Made by a program: the position numbers and the translations under genes. DNA of 64,000 bases, taken from Rebecca billardiae RCC1528 (Eukaryota; Protista; Haptophyta). Positions 1 to 12,249 of the stretch are shown here, in pieces. The DNA lies in contig OZ251252.1 in NCBI GenBank assembly GCA_965240325.2, forward strand, positions 62,001 to 126,000, in the 5' to 3' direction. Position 1 is the first letter of the stretch. Each line of letters starts with the position of its first letter. The notes beneath the pieces are model-generated. The model did no database searches, had not been told where the DNA came from, and saw only the letters and a list, made by a program, of their open reading frames with translations.

Positions 1-356
1 GCGCGCCGCGCGGGCGTGCAGCGCAAGGCGCTGTACGAGCAGGCCAAGGCCGCGCTCGCAGACGACCAGACCGCCGCCGGGCTCGAGGCGCTCGAGCAGA
101 AGCTGCGCCACTACGAGAGCACCGTGTTCATGCTGCAGGAGTACGTGCACGCAAAGGTGCGCAGCGCCGCGCGGCGGGGTGGTGCGCGGCGCGGCGCGCG
201 GCGCGGCCTCGCTCACGCGCGCGCGTCCCGGTGGTGGCCTGCTCGGCGGCGCGCGCGCAGGGCCGCGAGTCCGACTTTGCGACCCTCAAGGGTGACTGCG
301 AGAACATGCTTGGCACCATCAACCGCACCGCGCTGCTCGTCATGCGCGACCGCTAG
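1..356 (+). CDS. IFT74: 3' end of intraflagellar transport protein 74/72 (partial; exons <1-156 and 261-356)
   Basis: Spliced translation ...LEALEQKLRHYESTVFMLQEYVHAK|GRESDFATLKGDCENMLGTINRTALL* resembles the IFT74 C-terminal coiled coil (LERK..H.E.N.F.M.EFI.TK..ESDY). GT-AG intron 157-260; TAG at 354-356. Confidence 0.75.
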   Translation, partial: APRGRAAQGAVRAGQGRARRRPDRRRARGARAEAAPLREHRVHAAGVRARKGAQRRAAGWCAARRAARPRSRARVPVVACSAARAQGRESDFATLKGDCENMLGTINRTALLVMRDR

Positions 357-1514
357 CCGCGCCCGGACGCGTGCCACAGGCATCGCCGCCTGTCACGGCG
401 CGGCGGCCTCGTTGGTCGAGCGAGTGGAGCGACCCGCGTCCCTCGCGTCGGCGTGGGCAGAGCCGGCGGCATGATGAGATGGGCAGGCTGCAGAGTGCAG
501 TCGGGTCCCCTCACGGTAATACTCCTGCTTCGGCACACATCTTTAATGAACTACTATGGTGTCAGCCCAATGACTCAAATGAGGCCTACTCCTCATCCCA
601 CCGGTATCATATATATATGGGCGTGCAGGGGTAAGGTGGTTCCCTAAAATCCCCTAGCTGTATGTGAGCCTGCCCCTGCACAGGTACAATTTTGACGGGC
701 ACATCCAATAAGGTCTGGCGCTCTGCAGTGGCGGATGCCAGCTGAAACTGGGGCTTTTGGCCCAGTTTGCGATGGCACAGTGGGGGGCTTCGCGGGTCAG
801 TAAACTGGGGAAAAGCCTCAGTTTCAGATGGCACGCGCCCACTGCGGCCGTGCCATCGCAAACTGGGCCGAATCGCCCAGTTTGCGTGTGCACGGGGACG
901 CACTGCGGCCGGCTGCAACTTGGCTCAGCATGGGGCAGCTGTCCACAGCCCAGGCGGGGCGTCACCGCCTGCGGGCCGCCGGTGGGCAGGGCCGACGGCG
1001 TCGCAGAGCTCATGCGTGGGAGCGGCGCGTTGAGAAGGCAACCAAGGTCGAGAAGGAGGGGGCAAGGCCGGCAAGCAGCAGGGGCCACCGGTACGTTCGT
1101 ACATGCCTCCACACCGGTGCACATCACCCTTGCTCGCGGCCGTGACCTGTGCTGGCACTCACCTCATCATCGCCCACCATGCAGTGGCGGCCGAGCTAAG
1201 GCGAATACTCACAGGCACCGAACACGCATCGGCGGTGCCCACTGGTGCTGGCATGCTGTCCTCTACTTGCTGTCGGACAGCAAGCGGAGACGGCACCGCC
1301 GCAGCTGCGAGCGGGTGAGGTGCTGCTCTGCTCAGCGAGGCTGAGAGGCTGAGCACGGATCACGGATGGTGAGCCCTGGTCTCTCAACGCATCCAGGAGA
1401 GCAGTTGGTGCATAACTGTGCTCAGGCGTGCAGGACCAACCATCCGGTGCTGCTTCAAGCACCCGCGCCAACAGCGGCGGTACTCAACTCCACGCTGCTC
1501 ATGCGGCCACACAG

Positions 1515-4480
1515 CTGCAGGGATGGTGCCACGGCGGGCGGCGGCGGTCGACGCAGCTGTCAGCTCGGCGGTGCGCGCCCGAGGGGCCTAGGCGACGAAC
1601 GCGCCGAGCGCGGTGTGGCTGCTCGCTTCGCCCAGCGCGCGCGAGCCGCTGCCATCGGGCGCTGCTGCGCCCGCGCCCAGCCGGGGCAGCAGCAGCTGCG
1701 CTCGACTCCGCGCCGAGTGCGGCGGCAGCAGCGGGGATGGTGCCACGGCGGGCGGCGGCGGTCGCTGGAGCTGGCAGCTCGGTGGTCTGCGCCCGAGGAG
1801 CCTGGGCGCTGGGCGCACCGAGCGCGGTGACGCTGCTCGCCTCGCCCAACGCGCTGGAGCCGCTGCCACCGGGCGCCGCTGCGCCCGCGCCCAGCTTGGG
1901 CAGCAGCAGCTGCGCTCGACTCCGCGCCGAGTGCGGCGGCAGCAGCAGGGATGGTGACACGGCGGGCGGCGGCGGTCGCTGGAGCTGGCAGCTCGGTGGT
2001 GCGCGCCCGAGGAGCCTGGGCGCTGGGCGCACCGAGCGCGGTGACGCTGCTCGCCTCGCCCAACGCGCTGGAGCCGCTGCCATCGGGCGCTGCTGCGCCC
2101 GCGCCCAGCCGGGGCAGCAGCAGCTGCGCTCGACTCCGCGCCGAGTGCGGCGGCAGCAGCGGGGATGGTGCCACGGCGGGCGGCGGCGGTCGCTGGAGCT
2201 GGCAGCTCGGTGGTGTGCGCCCGAGGAGCCTGGGCGCTGGGCGCACCGAGCGCGGTGACGCTGCTCGCCTCGCCCAACGCGCTGGAGCCGCTGCCACCGG
2301 GCGCCGCTGCGCCCGCGCCCAGCTTGGGCAGCAGCAGCTGCGCTCGACTCCGCGCCGAGTGCGGCGGCAGCAGCAGGGATGGTGACACGGCGGGCGGCGG
2401 CGGTCGCTGGAGCTGGCAGCTCGGTGGTGCGCGCCCGTGGAGCCTGGGCGCTGGGCGCACCGAGCGCGGTGACGCTGCTCGCCTCGCCCAACGCGCTGGA
2501 GCCGCTGCCATCGGGCGCTGCGCTGCCCGCGCCCAGCTTGGGCAGCAGCAGCTGCGCTCGACTCCGCGCCGAGTGCGGCGGCAGCAGCAGGGATGGTGCC
2601 ACGGCGGGCGGCGGCGGTCGCTGGAGCTGGCAGCTCGGTGGTGTGCGCCCGAGGAGCCTGGGCGCTGGGCGCACCGAGCGCGGTGACGCTGCTCGCCTCG
2701 CCCAACGCGCTGGAGCCGCTGCCATCGGGCGCTGCGCTGCCCGCGCCCAGCTTGGGCAGCAGCAGCTGCGCTCGACTCCGCGCCGAGTGCGGCGGCAGCA
2801 GCAGGGATGGTGCCACGGCGGGCGGCGGCGGTCGCTGGAGCTGGCAGCTCGGTGGTGTGCGCCCGAGGAGCCTGGGCGCTGGGCGCACCGAGCGCGGTGA
2901 CGCTGCTCGCCTCGCCCAGCGCGCTCGAGCCGCTGCCACCGGGCGCGGCTGCGCCCGCGCCCAGCTTGGGCAGCAGCAGCTGCGCTCGACTCCGCGCCGA
3001 GTGCGGCGGCAGCAGCAGGGATGGTGCCACGGCGGGCGGCGGCGGTCGCTGGAGCTGGCAGCTCGGTGGTGCGCGCCCGAGGAGCCTGGGCGCTGGGCGC
3101 ACCGAGCGCGGTGACGCTGCTCGCCTCGCCCAGCGCGCTGGAGCCGCTGCCATCGGGCGCTGCTGCGCCCGCGCCCAGCCGGGGCAGCAGCAGCTGCGCT
3201 CGACTCCGCGCCGAGTGCGGCGGCAGCAGCAGGGATGGTGCCACGGCGGGCGGCGGGGGTCGCTGCAGCTGAAAGCTCGTTGGTGCCTGCCCGATGGGCC
3301 TGGGCGCTGGGCGCACCGAGCGCGGTGACGCTGCTCGCCTCGCCCAGCGCGCTCGAGCCGCTGCCACCGGGCGCCGCTGCGCCCGCGCCCAGCCGGGGCA
3401 GCAGCAGCTGCGCTCGACTCCGCGCCGCGTGCGGCGGCAGCAGCAGGGATGGTGCCACGGCGGGCGGCGGCGGTCGCTGGAGCTGGCAGCTCGGTGGTGC
3501 GCGCCCGAGGAGCCTGGGCGCTGGGCGCACCGAGCGCGGTGACGCTGCTCGCCTCGCCCAGCGCGCTCGAGCCGCTGCCACCGGGCGCTGCTGCGCCCGC
3601 GCCCAGCCGGGGCAGCAGCAGCTGCGCTCGACTCCGCGCCGCGTGCGGCGGCAGCAGCAGGGATGGTGCCACGGCGGGCGGCGGCGGTCGCTGCAGCTGA
3701 AAGCTCGTTGGTGCCTGCCCGATGGGCCTGGGCGCTGGGCGCACCGAGCGCGGTGACGCTGCTCGCCTCGCCCAGCGCGCTCGAGCCGCTGCCACCGGGC
3801 GCCGCTGCGCCCGCGCCCAGCCGGGGCAGCAGCAGCTGCGCTCGACTCCGCGCCGCGTGCGGCGGCAGCAGCAGGGATGGTGCCACGGCGGGCGGCGGCG
3901 GTCGCTGCAGCTGAAAGCTCGTTGGTGCCTGCCCGATGGGCCTGGGCGCTGGGCGCACCGAGCGCGGTGACGCTGCTCGCCTCGCCCAGCGCGCTCGAGC
4001 CGCTGTCACCAGGCGCTGCTGCGCCCGCGCCCAGCCGGGGCAGCTGCAGCTGCGCTCGACTCCGCGCCGAGTGCGGCGGCAGCAGCAGGGATGGTGCCAC
4101 GGCGGGCTGTGGCAGTCGCTGGAGCTGGCAGCTCGGTGGTGCGCGCCCGAGGAGCCTGGGCGCTGGGCGCACCGAGCGCGGTGACGCTGCTCGCCTCGCC
4201 CAGCGCGCTCGAGCCGCTGCCATCGGGCGCTGCTGCGCCCGCGCCCAGCTTGGGCAGCAGCAGCTGCGCTCGACTCCGCGCCGAGTGCGGCGGCAGCAGC
4301 AGGGATGGTGACACGGCGGGCGGCGGCGGTCGCTGCAGCTGGCAGCTCGGTGGTGCGCGCCCGAGGAGCCTGGGCGCTGGGCGCACCGAGCGCGGTGACG
4401 CTGCTCGCCTCGCCCAGCGCGCTGGTGAGTCGCTGCCACCCGGCGCTGCGCTGTCTGCGCCCAGCCGGAGCAGCTGCAGC
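1515..4480 (+). repeat. 214-bp tandem array, ~14 copies (left arm of the foldback)
   Basis: GGGATGGTG(C/A)CACGGCGGG recurs every 214 bp (ORF starts 1951, 2165, 2379 ... 4305). Confidence 0.95.
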
Positions 4481-5329
4481 AGCTCAGATCGTCAGCACCG
4501 TCGCGACTGCTCGGTCGATGCGTATGATGAACTAGATGAGTGACCCGCTGACTCGCTGTCAGCAGTCGCAGCCTCGCAGCGCGGCCGGCCGCCGCGTTAA
4601 CCCGCCGCGGTAAACGACCGCGCGCGGTCGGTTATTGCGGGGGCGGGGCAGCCGGTCAGAGCCGCGAGCCGAGCGGCTACTGAGTACTGTGTCATCACCG
4701 TCCGGTCTCCGACTCCGGAGTCGCGTCCCGCCGTCCGATCGGGGATATTCGGGCGATCCGGTTACGCGGACCCGATCTCCGAGGAGTTGGTCATAATGTA
4801 CTATATATATATGCAGCAGACCGACAACTGGTATAGAGGGCTCATGGCACTGCATGCGCAGCCGCAGCAGCTATATATATATATATATATATAATGCGCG
4901 CCGCTCGGTCATCGGAGCAGAGTGATGAATTCGTCTGGCGTCATCTGCGCTACTATACTTATTATAAATTCTTAGCTGCTGCGCTCAAATTCGCGCCGTC
5001 ATATTCGGAGCAGACTACGGTATTCGATGCTGATGATGATGCTGATGATGCCGATGTATCGCGCGACGACGATATAGCAGTCGTCCATATCCGCCAATAC
5101 CGGCCGGGCTGTGCTCGGCACTCCGCGACTCGCGAGTCCGGATCACCTACGGGCACGGCACTACTCCGCCCCGAGTACGACCACTGACCGTACGCCATCC
5201 GAGGCATCGGCACGGCTGGGCTGCTGCCTGCGGCCCGGCACAAGCGACTCGCTCATCTACTTCATACGCAGCGACCGAGCAGCAGTCGCAGTAATCTGCT
5301 GAGCAGCAGCAGTTAATCACCAGCCTGCT

Positions 5330-8122
5330 GCTGCTGCTGCCTGCCACGACACGGCACGCGGCGTGGAGTCGAGCGCAGAGTCTGCAGCTGCCCGGGCGGT
5401 GCAGCAGCATCAGATGGCAGCGGCTCGAGCGCGGTGGGCGAGGCGAGCAGCGTCACCGCGCTCAGTGCGTCCACCGCCCAGGCCCCTGAAGCACGAACCG
5501 CCGGGGTGTCAGCTCCAGCGACCGCCGCCGGCCGCCGTGGCACCATCCCCGCTGCTGCCGCCGCACGCGGTGGGAAGTCGAGCGCAGCTGCTGCTGCCCA
5601 AGCGGGGCGCAGGCGCAGCAGCATCGGATGGCAGCGGCTCCAGCGCGCTGCGGGAAGCGAGCTACGTCACCGCGCTCGGTGCGCCAAATGCCTAGCCCCC
5701 TCGGGCGCGCACCACCGGGCTTTGAGCTCCAGCGACCGCCGCCGCCAGACGTGGCACCATCCCTGCTGCTGCTGCCGCACGCGGCGCGGAGTTGAGCGCA
5801 GCTGCTGCTGCCCCGGCTGGGCGCGGGCGCAGCAGCGCCCGATGACAGCGGCTCGAGCGCGCTGGGCGAGGCGAGCAGCGTCACCGCGCTCGGTGCGCCC
5901 AGCGCCCAGGCTCCTCGGGCGCGCACCACCGAGCTGCCAGCTCCAGCACCTGCCACAGCCCGCCGTGGCACCATCCCCGCTGCTGCCGCCGCACTCGGCG
6001 CGGAGTCGAGCGCAGCTGCTGCTGCCCAAGCTGGGCGCGGGCGCAGCAGCGCCCGATGGCAGCGGCTCGAGCGCGCTGGGCGAGGCGAGCAGCGTCACCG
6101 CGCTCGGTGCGCCCAGCGCCCAGGCTCCTCGGGCGCGCACCACCGAGCTGCCAGCTCCAGCGACTGCCACAGCCCGCCGTGGCACCATCCCTGCTGCTGC
6201 CGCCGCACTCGGCGCGGAGTCGAGCGCAGCTGCTGCTGCCCCGGCTGGGCGCGGGCGCAGCAGCGCCCGATGGCAGCGGCTCCAGCGCGTTGGGCGAGGC
6301 GAGCAGCGTCACCGCGCTCGGTGCGCCCAGCGCCCAGGCTCCTCGGGCGCGCACCACCGAGCTGCCAGCTCCAGCGACCGCCGCCGCCCGCCGTGTCACC
6401 ATCCCTGCTGCTGCCGCCGCACTCGGCGCGGAGTCGAGCGCAGCTGCTGCTGCCCAAGCTGGGCGCGGGCAGCGCAGCGCCCGATGGCAGCGGCTCCAGC
6501 GCGTTGGGCGAGGCGAGCAGCGTCACCGCGCTCGGTGCGCCCAGCGCCCAGGCCCATCGGGCAGGCACCAACGAGCTTTCAGCTGCAGCGACCGCCGCCG
6601 CCCGCCGTGGCACCATCCCTGCTGCTGCCGCCGCACGCGGCGCGGAGTCGAGCGCAGCTGCTGCTGCCCCGGCTGGGCGCGGGCGCAGCAGCGCCCGGTG
6701 GCAGCGGCTCGAGCGCGCTGGGCGAGGCGAGCAGCGTCACCGCGCTCGGTGCGCCCAGCGCCCAGGCTCCTCGGGCGCGCACCACCGAGCTGCCAGCTCC
6801 AGCAACCGCCGCCGCCCGCCGTGGCACCATCCCTGCTGCTACCGCCGCACTCGGCGCGGAGTCGAGCGCAGCTGCTGCTGCCCAAGCTGGGCGCGGGCAG
6901 CGCAGCGCCCGATGGCAGCGGCTCCAGCGCGTTGGGCGAGGCGAGCAGCGTCACCGCGCTCGGTGCGCCCAGCGCCCAGGCTCCTCGGGCGCGCACCACC
7001 GAGCTGCCAGCTCCAGCGACTGCCACCGCCCGCCGTGGCACCATCCCTGCTGCTGCCGCCGCACTCGGCGCGGAGTCGAGCGCAGCTGCAGCTGCCCCGG
7101 CTGGGCGCGGGCGCAGCAGCGCCTGGTGACAGCGGCTCGAGCGCGCTGGGCGAGGCGAGCAGCGTCACCGCGCTCGGTGCGCCCAGCGCCCAGGCCCATC
7201 GGGCAGGCACTAACGAGCTTTCAGCTGCAGCGACCGCCGCCGCCCGCCGTGGCACCATCCCTGCTGCTGCCGCCGCACGCGGCGCGGAGTCGAGCGCAGC
7301 TGCTGCTGCCCAAGCTGGGCGCGGGCGCAGCGGCGCCCGGTGGCAGCGGCTCCAGCGCGCTGGGCGAGGCGAGCAGCGTCACCGCGCTCGGTGCGCCCAG
7401 CGCCCAGGCTCCTCGGGCGCACACCACCGAGCTGCCAGCTCCAGCGACCGCCGCCGCCCGCCGTGTCACCATCCCTGCTGCTGCCGCCGCACTCGGCGCG
7501 GAGTCGAGCGCAGCTGCTGCTGCCCAAGCTGGGCGCGGGCAGCGCAGCGCCCGATGGCAGCGGCTCGAGCGCGTTGGGCGAGGCGAGCAGCGTCACCGCG
7601 CTCGGTGCGCCCAGCGCCCAGGCCCATCGGGCAGGCACCAACGAGCTGCCAGCTCCAGCGACCGCCGCCGCCCGCCGTGGCACCATCCCCGCTGCTGCCG
7701 CCGCACTCGGCGCGGAGTCGAGCGCAGCTGCTGCTGCCCCGGCTGGGCGCGGGCGCAGCGGCGCCCGGTGGCAGCGGCTCCAGCGCGCTGGGCGAGGCGA
7801 GCAGCGTCACCGCGCTCGGTGCGCCCAGCGCCCAGGCTCCTCGGGCGCGCACCACCGAGCTGCCAGCTGCAGCGACTGCCGCAGCCCGCCGTGGCACCAT
7901 CCCTGCTGCTGCCGCCGCACTCGGCGAGGAGTTGAGTACAGCTGCTGCTGCCCGCGCTGGGCGCGGGCGCAGCGGCACCCGATGGCAGCGGCTCGCGCGC
8001 GCTGGGCGAAGCGAGCAGCCACACCGCGCTCGGCGCGTTCGTCGCCTAGGCCCCTCGGGCGCGCACCGCCGAGCTGACAGCTGCGTCGACCGCCGCCGCC
8101 CGCCGTGGCACCATCCCTGCAG
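5330..8122 (-). repeat. 214-bp tandem array, ~13 copies, inverted (right arm)
   Basis: Same unit on the minus strand with 214-bp period (5974, 6188, 6402 ... 7686); innermost copies are more diverged. Confidence 0.95.
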
Positions 8123-9584
8123 CTGTGTGGCCGCATGAGCAGCGTGGAGTTGAGTACCGCCGCTGTTGGCGCGGGTGCTTGAAGCAGCACCGGATGGTTG
8201 GTCCTGCACGCCTGAGCACAGTTATGCACCAACTGCTCTCCTGGATGCGTTGAGAGACCAGGGCTCACCATCCGTGATCCGTGCTCAGCCTCTCAGCCTC
8301 GCTGAGCAGAGCAGCACCTCACCCGCTCGCAGCTGCGGCGGTGCCGTCTCCGCTTGCTGTCCGACAGCAAGTAGAGGACAGCATGCCAGCACCAGTGGGC
8401 ACCGCCGATGCGTGTTCGGTGCCTGTGAGTATTCGCCTTAGCTCGGCCGCCACTGCATGGTGGGCGATGATGAGGTGAGTGCCAGCACAGGTCACGGCCG
8501 CGAGCAAGGGTGATGTGCACCGGTGTGGAGGCATGTACGAACGTACCGGTGGCCCCTGCTGCTTGCCGGCCTTGCCCCCTCCTTCTCGACCTTGGTTGCC
8601 TTCTCAACGCGCTGCTCCCACGCATGAGCTCTGCGACGCCGTCGGCCCTGCCCACCGGCGGCCCGCAGGCGGTGACGCCCCGCCTGGGCTGTGGACAGCT
8701 GCCCTGTTGCCCCATGCTGAGCCAAGTTGCAGCCGGCCGCAGTGCGTCCCCGTGCACACGCAAACTGGGCGATTCGGCCCAGTTTGCGATGGCACGGCCG
8801 CAGTGGGCGCATGCCATCTGAAACTGAGGCTTTTCCCCAGTTTACTGACCCGCGAAGCCCCCCACTGTGCCATCGCAAACTGGGCCAAAAGCCCCAGTTT
8901 CAGCTGGCATCCGCCACTGCAGAGCGCCAAACCTGGCTGGCACATCCCCAGGATTACCGCCTCGCATAATGAGCTTAATGAGCCTCCCCTCTGATATGAC
9001 TTGCCCCAGCTGAACGAACATGGCTCGAGATCCTGTTCAAATTTTATTGATGAAAAACACCGGCTCGCCGGGACTTCACGAGCCTCCCGCTCGCCAATTG
9101 ATGACTCTTCAAGTGATGGCCCACTCTGATATGGCTCCTTCGAAAAGGGGCCTACAGGCGAGCACGGCGGGTAAATCGGGCTCAATCAGTGCATCAAGAG
9201 TGATGGCCTCAAGCCTGCGTAGCGATTGGCCGACCGATCCGCGCACTCGCCCGAAGATGCGGAGCAAAGGCAAAGATACCCGCCTTGCTCCGCGCCGGAA
9301 CGCGGTTGTGCAAAAGCTTTGGCGACCTTCGACCCGCAGCGAACATCGCGACACAGCGCACTGCCGGCTGCTCACAACACTGCTGCCAGCTGCACCCTCT
9401 GCTCTGCGCATCCGAGCGCTACCGCTCGGCCCGCGCCGCACTCAGACACATGCCCACAGCGACTATACGCGCGCCCTGCGCGCCGCCGTCCGGTGTGGAC
9501 GGCCCGCCCGAGCCGTCGCCACCCGTCGACGACCTCGAGGCCGCGCTGCCGCCCTCGCTCCCGCCCTCGCCGCCGCCGCCGCGG

Positions 9585-11806
9585 ATGGCGCACGGCGGCG
9601 GCGGCGCGCTGGCTCACTACCAGCACAGCCACCACTACGCGCACGCCGGGCGCGGCGCGTCGTTCCGCGTCGCGGGCGCGGCCGCGCCGACGCAGCCGCG
9701 CCGGATCAGCGTCTCCGCGCGGCACGCCGTCCGCGCCGCCGCGCAGCAGCACGAGCCGCCGTCGCCGCGCGCCGGCGGCGGCGGCGGCGCCGGGCAGCCA
9801 GGCTCGTGCTCCGACGTGCGCTGCCTCGTGACGTTCCTCTCGGCGCTGCAGCTGGCGTGCGCGAGCACGGTGCTCGCGCTCGCCTCGTGGGACGAGGTCA
9901 GCCCGCTCGGCGTCGCCGTCATCTGCGCGCTCCTGCTCTGCGGCCTGCTCGGCCTTCTGACGGCGCTGCTCGAGCGCTCGGTGGTCGGCCGGCTGCACCT
10001 GGGGAGCTGCGTGCTGCTGCTGCTGCTGAACGGCGCGGGGCACCTGGCGGCGATGGCGGCGGAGGCGGGGCGGTGCGACGAGCTCGGCGGCTCGCGCGGC
10101 GCGTGCCGCACCTCGATCTACACGAGCTACGCGCTCGCCCTCGTGATGGTGACGGGCGTGGGGCTGGCGCTGCTGCGGTGCGCGCGCTCGCGGCACGCGG
10201 CCCGCGCGCGCCCGCGCCGCCGTGCGCGCGCGCCCGGCGGCCCGCTCACCACCCCGCCGCCACCGCCCGTCCTCCCACCGCGCATCCCCGCCCCCTCCGC
10301 AGCTGGGTGGTCATCGCGTACGTCTGCCACCTGCTGGCGCGCGAGCAGCCGCACAGCCCGCCGCCGCCCGGCCACCAGGTGGCGGCGGCGTTTGGGCTGG
10401 GCGGCTGGCGCGCGGCGGCGCGCGCGCTGTGCGCGCGGCTGGGGTGGCACGTGCCGGCGGCGGCGCACGGCGTGCCCGTGCACCCGGCGGTGGCGGCGCT
10501 GCCGCTCGCCGCCTACCGCCCGGGCCACACCGCGCCGCACCCGCCGCCGCCGCCGCCCGACGGCGGCGGCCGGCCGCGCAGCCGGCTGCGCGCGCGCGCC
10601 GCGCAGCGCGCGCAGCTGGTGGCCGATGCGCCGATGCGCGCCAAGGCGCTGCTGGAGCGGCGCGCGAAGGGCGAGGACGCGCTCGCCGCGGCGGAGGACG
10701 CGGCGGACGCGGAGCTCTGCGTCGTCTGCCTCGCGCCGCTCCTGCTGGGCGAGCTGGTACGCGTGCTGCCGCGCTGCGGGCACACGTTCCACCGCCGCTG
10801 CATTGACCGATGGCTCAACACCGCGGGCGCGCAGGCGCCGGACGAGCCGCTGCTGTGCCCCGTGTGCAAGCAGGAGGTGTGCGAGGGGCACGAGGCCGGG
10901 GAGCCCGCGTCGCCCGCGATGCAGGCGTTCTGGCGCCGCGCGCGCCGACACCGCCGGCGCGAGCGCCGCGAGCGCCGGCAGGGCGGCGCGGCCGCGGCGC
11001 GCGCCGTCGGCAGCCCTGGCGGCGGGTGCGCGTGCGGGCACAGCAGCGCGGGGAGCAGCTCGTGCGCGTCGGGCCCGTCCAGCCTCGCGCCCTCGCCGCT
11101 GCAGCAGCCGCACGCGCGCGGCGAGGGCGCCTCGCGCACGCAGCCGCTCGCCACGCGCGCGTACGCCTTCTCCTCGCAGGCCACCTCGCCGCGCTCCCGC
11201 CCGGACTCTCGCGGCAGCAGCTGCCTCGACGGCTCCGCGGCCACGGCCAGCTGGCGCGCGGACGCGGAGGAGGGCTCGGCGTACTCGCACCGCGGCGCGG
11301 CGGCGGCGGGTGGCGGCGGCGGCGGCTCGTCGCGCGAGGGCTCGCAGCGCGCGCGCACGCCGACGCGCGCGCACCGCGCGCGCAGCGCGCGCAGTGCGCG
11401 CAGCCACGCGCGCCGCCACTCGGAGCGCGGCGGCGGCGGCGGCGGCGGCTTTGGCTTGAGCGGCTCGCCCGCGGCCCCCGCGCCGCACCGCTGCTACGTG
11501 CCGCTGGCGGAGCGGCTGGCGGTCGCGGCCGCGTGCAACAGCGCCAGCCCGTCGTTCAACTACAGCGCGAGCCTCGTCGCGCCGATGACGATGGCCGGGC
11601 CGCCGCCGGGCGGCGCGCTCGCCCTCGCGCGCTCCGACTCGACCTCGTCGCGCGGCTCGGCCTCCGCCGTGCCGACGGTGCCGCTGGGCGCGGCGGTGGC
11701 GGCCGCGCGGCAGCGGCCGCGCGCGCCCTCGCCGCTCGGACCGCCCACGACCGCGTGGGAGCAGGAGGCGCCGCACCCGCTGCCGGACCGCCGCTACAGC
11801 TGCTGA
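9585..11806 (+). CDS. Membrane-anchored RING-H2 E3 ubiquitin ligase-like protein
   Basis: Hydrophobic segments in exon 1, intron 10178-10302, then CVVC...CGHTFHRRCIDRWL...CPVC (RING-H2). The start could instead be ATG 9450. Confidence 0.8.
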
Positions 11807-12249
11807 TGCTGATCGATGGGCCGATGGCTCGCCATGGGCATGCAATGATGCTGACGGCCGCCATCGCGCGACGGATCGCGGATCCGACTGCGCGCGCCGT
11901 ATACGCAGCCCGTACTACTATACGACTGCGTCCAGTAATATTATATAATATATTATAAACGTCGTACGAACAACAGTCGTATAGTTAACTACGACTGTTA
12001 TTCGTTGGTAGTGCTGCGCCAAGACATCACCGCGTACTCTCCGCCCGTGGCTCGGGCGGAGGCGCGCACCTGGCACTCGCAGTCGCTGCGTCGGCCACGC
12101 GCGCCGCCGTCGCGCCGCAGGAATATGCGCTCGGCCCGTCCGAGCTCGGACGACCGTACCCAGCAGCCGGCGGCGGCCGACCCAGCTGCGGGCGGCGGGC
12201 GGTGCGCGCGCCCGCACGCCTCGCGCGCCCCCTGGCGCACGCGCGGCTC

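Larger units (their letters stand above)
707..8938. mobile_element. Foldback-type (Mutator/FB-like) non-autonomous DNA transposon with very long inverted arms
   Basis: Arm 711-~4480 is the reverse complement of ~5330-8934 (AGGTCTGGCGCTCTGCAGTGGCGG vs AGGTTTGGCGCTCTGCAGTGGCGG). A 9-bp direct repeat GGCACATCC at 698-706 and 8939-8947 lies exactly 4 bp outside the aligned arm on each side. Confidence 0.85.

Noticed and set aside
1499-8138. 600-960-aa ORFs across the 214-bp arrays
   Set aside because: The unit length is not a multiple of 3, all frames cycle through the same peptides and stops are scarce because of GC content. No domain is recognisable.
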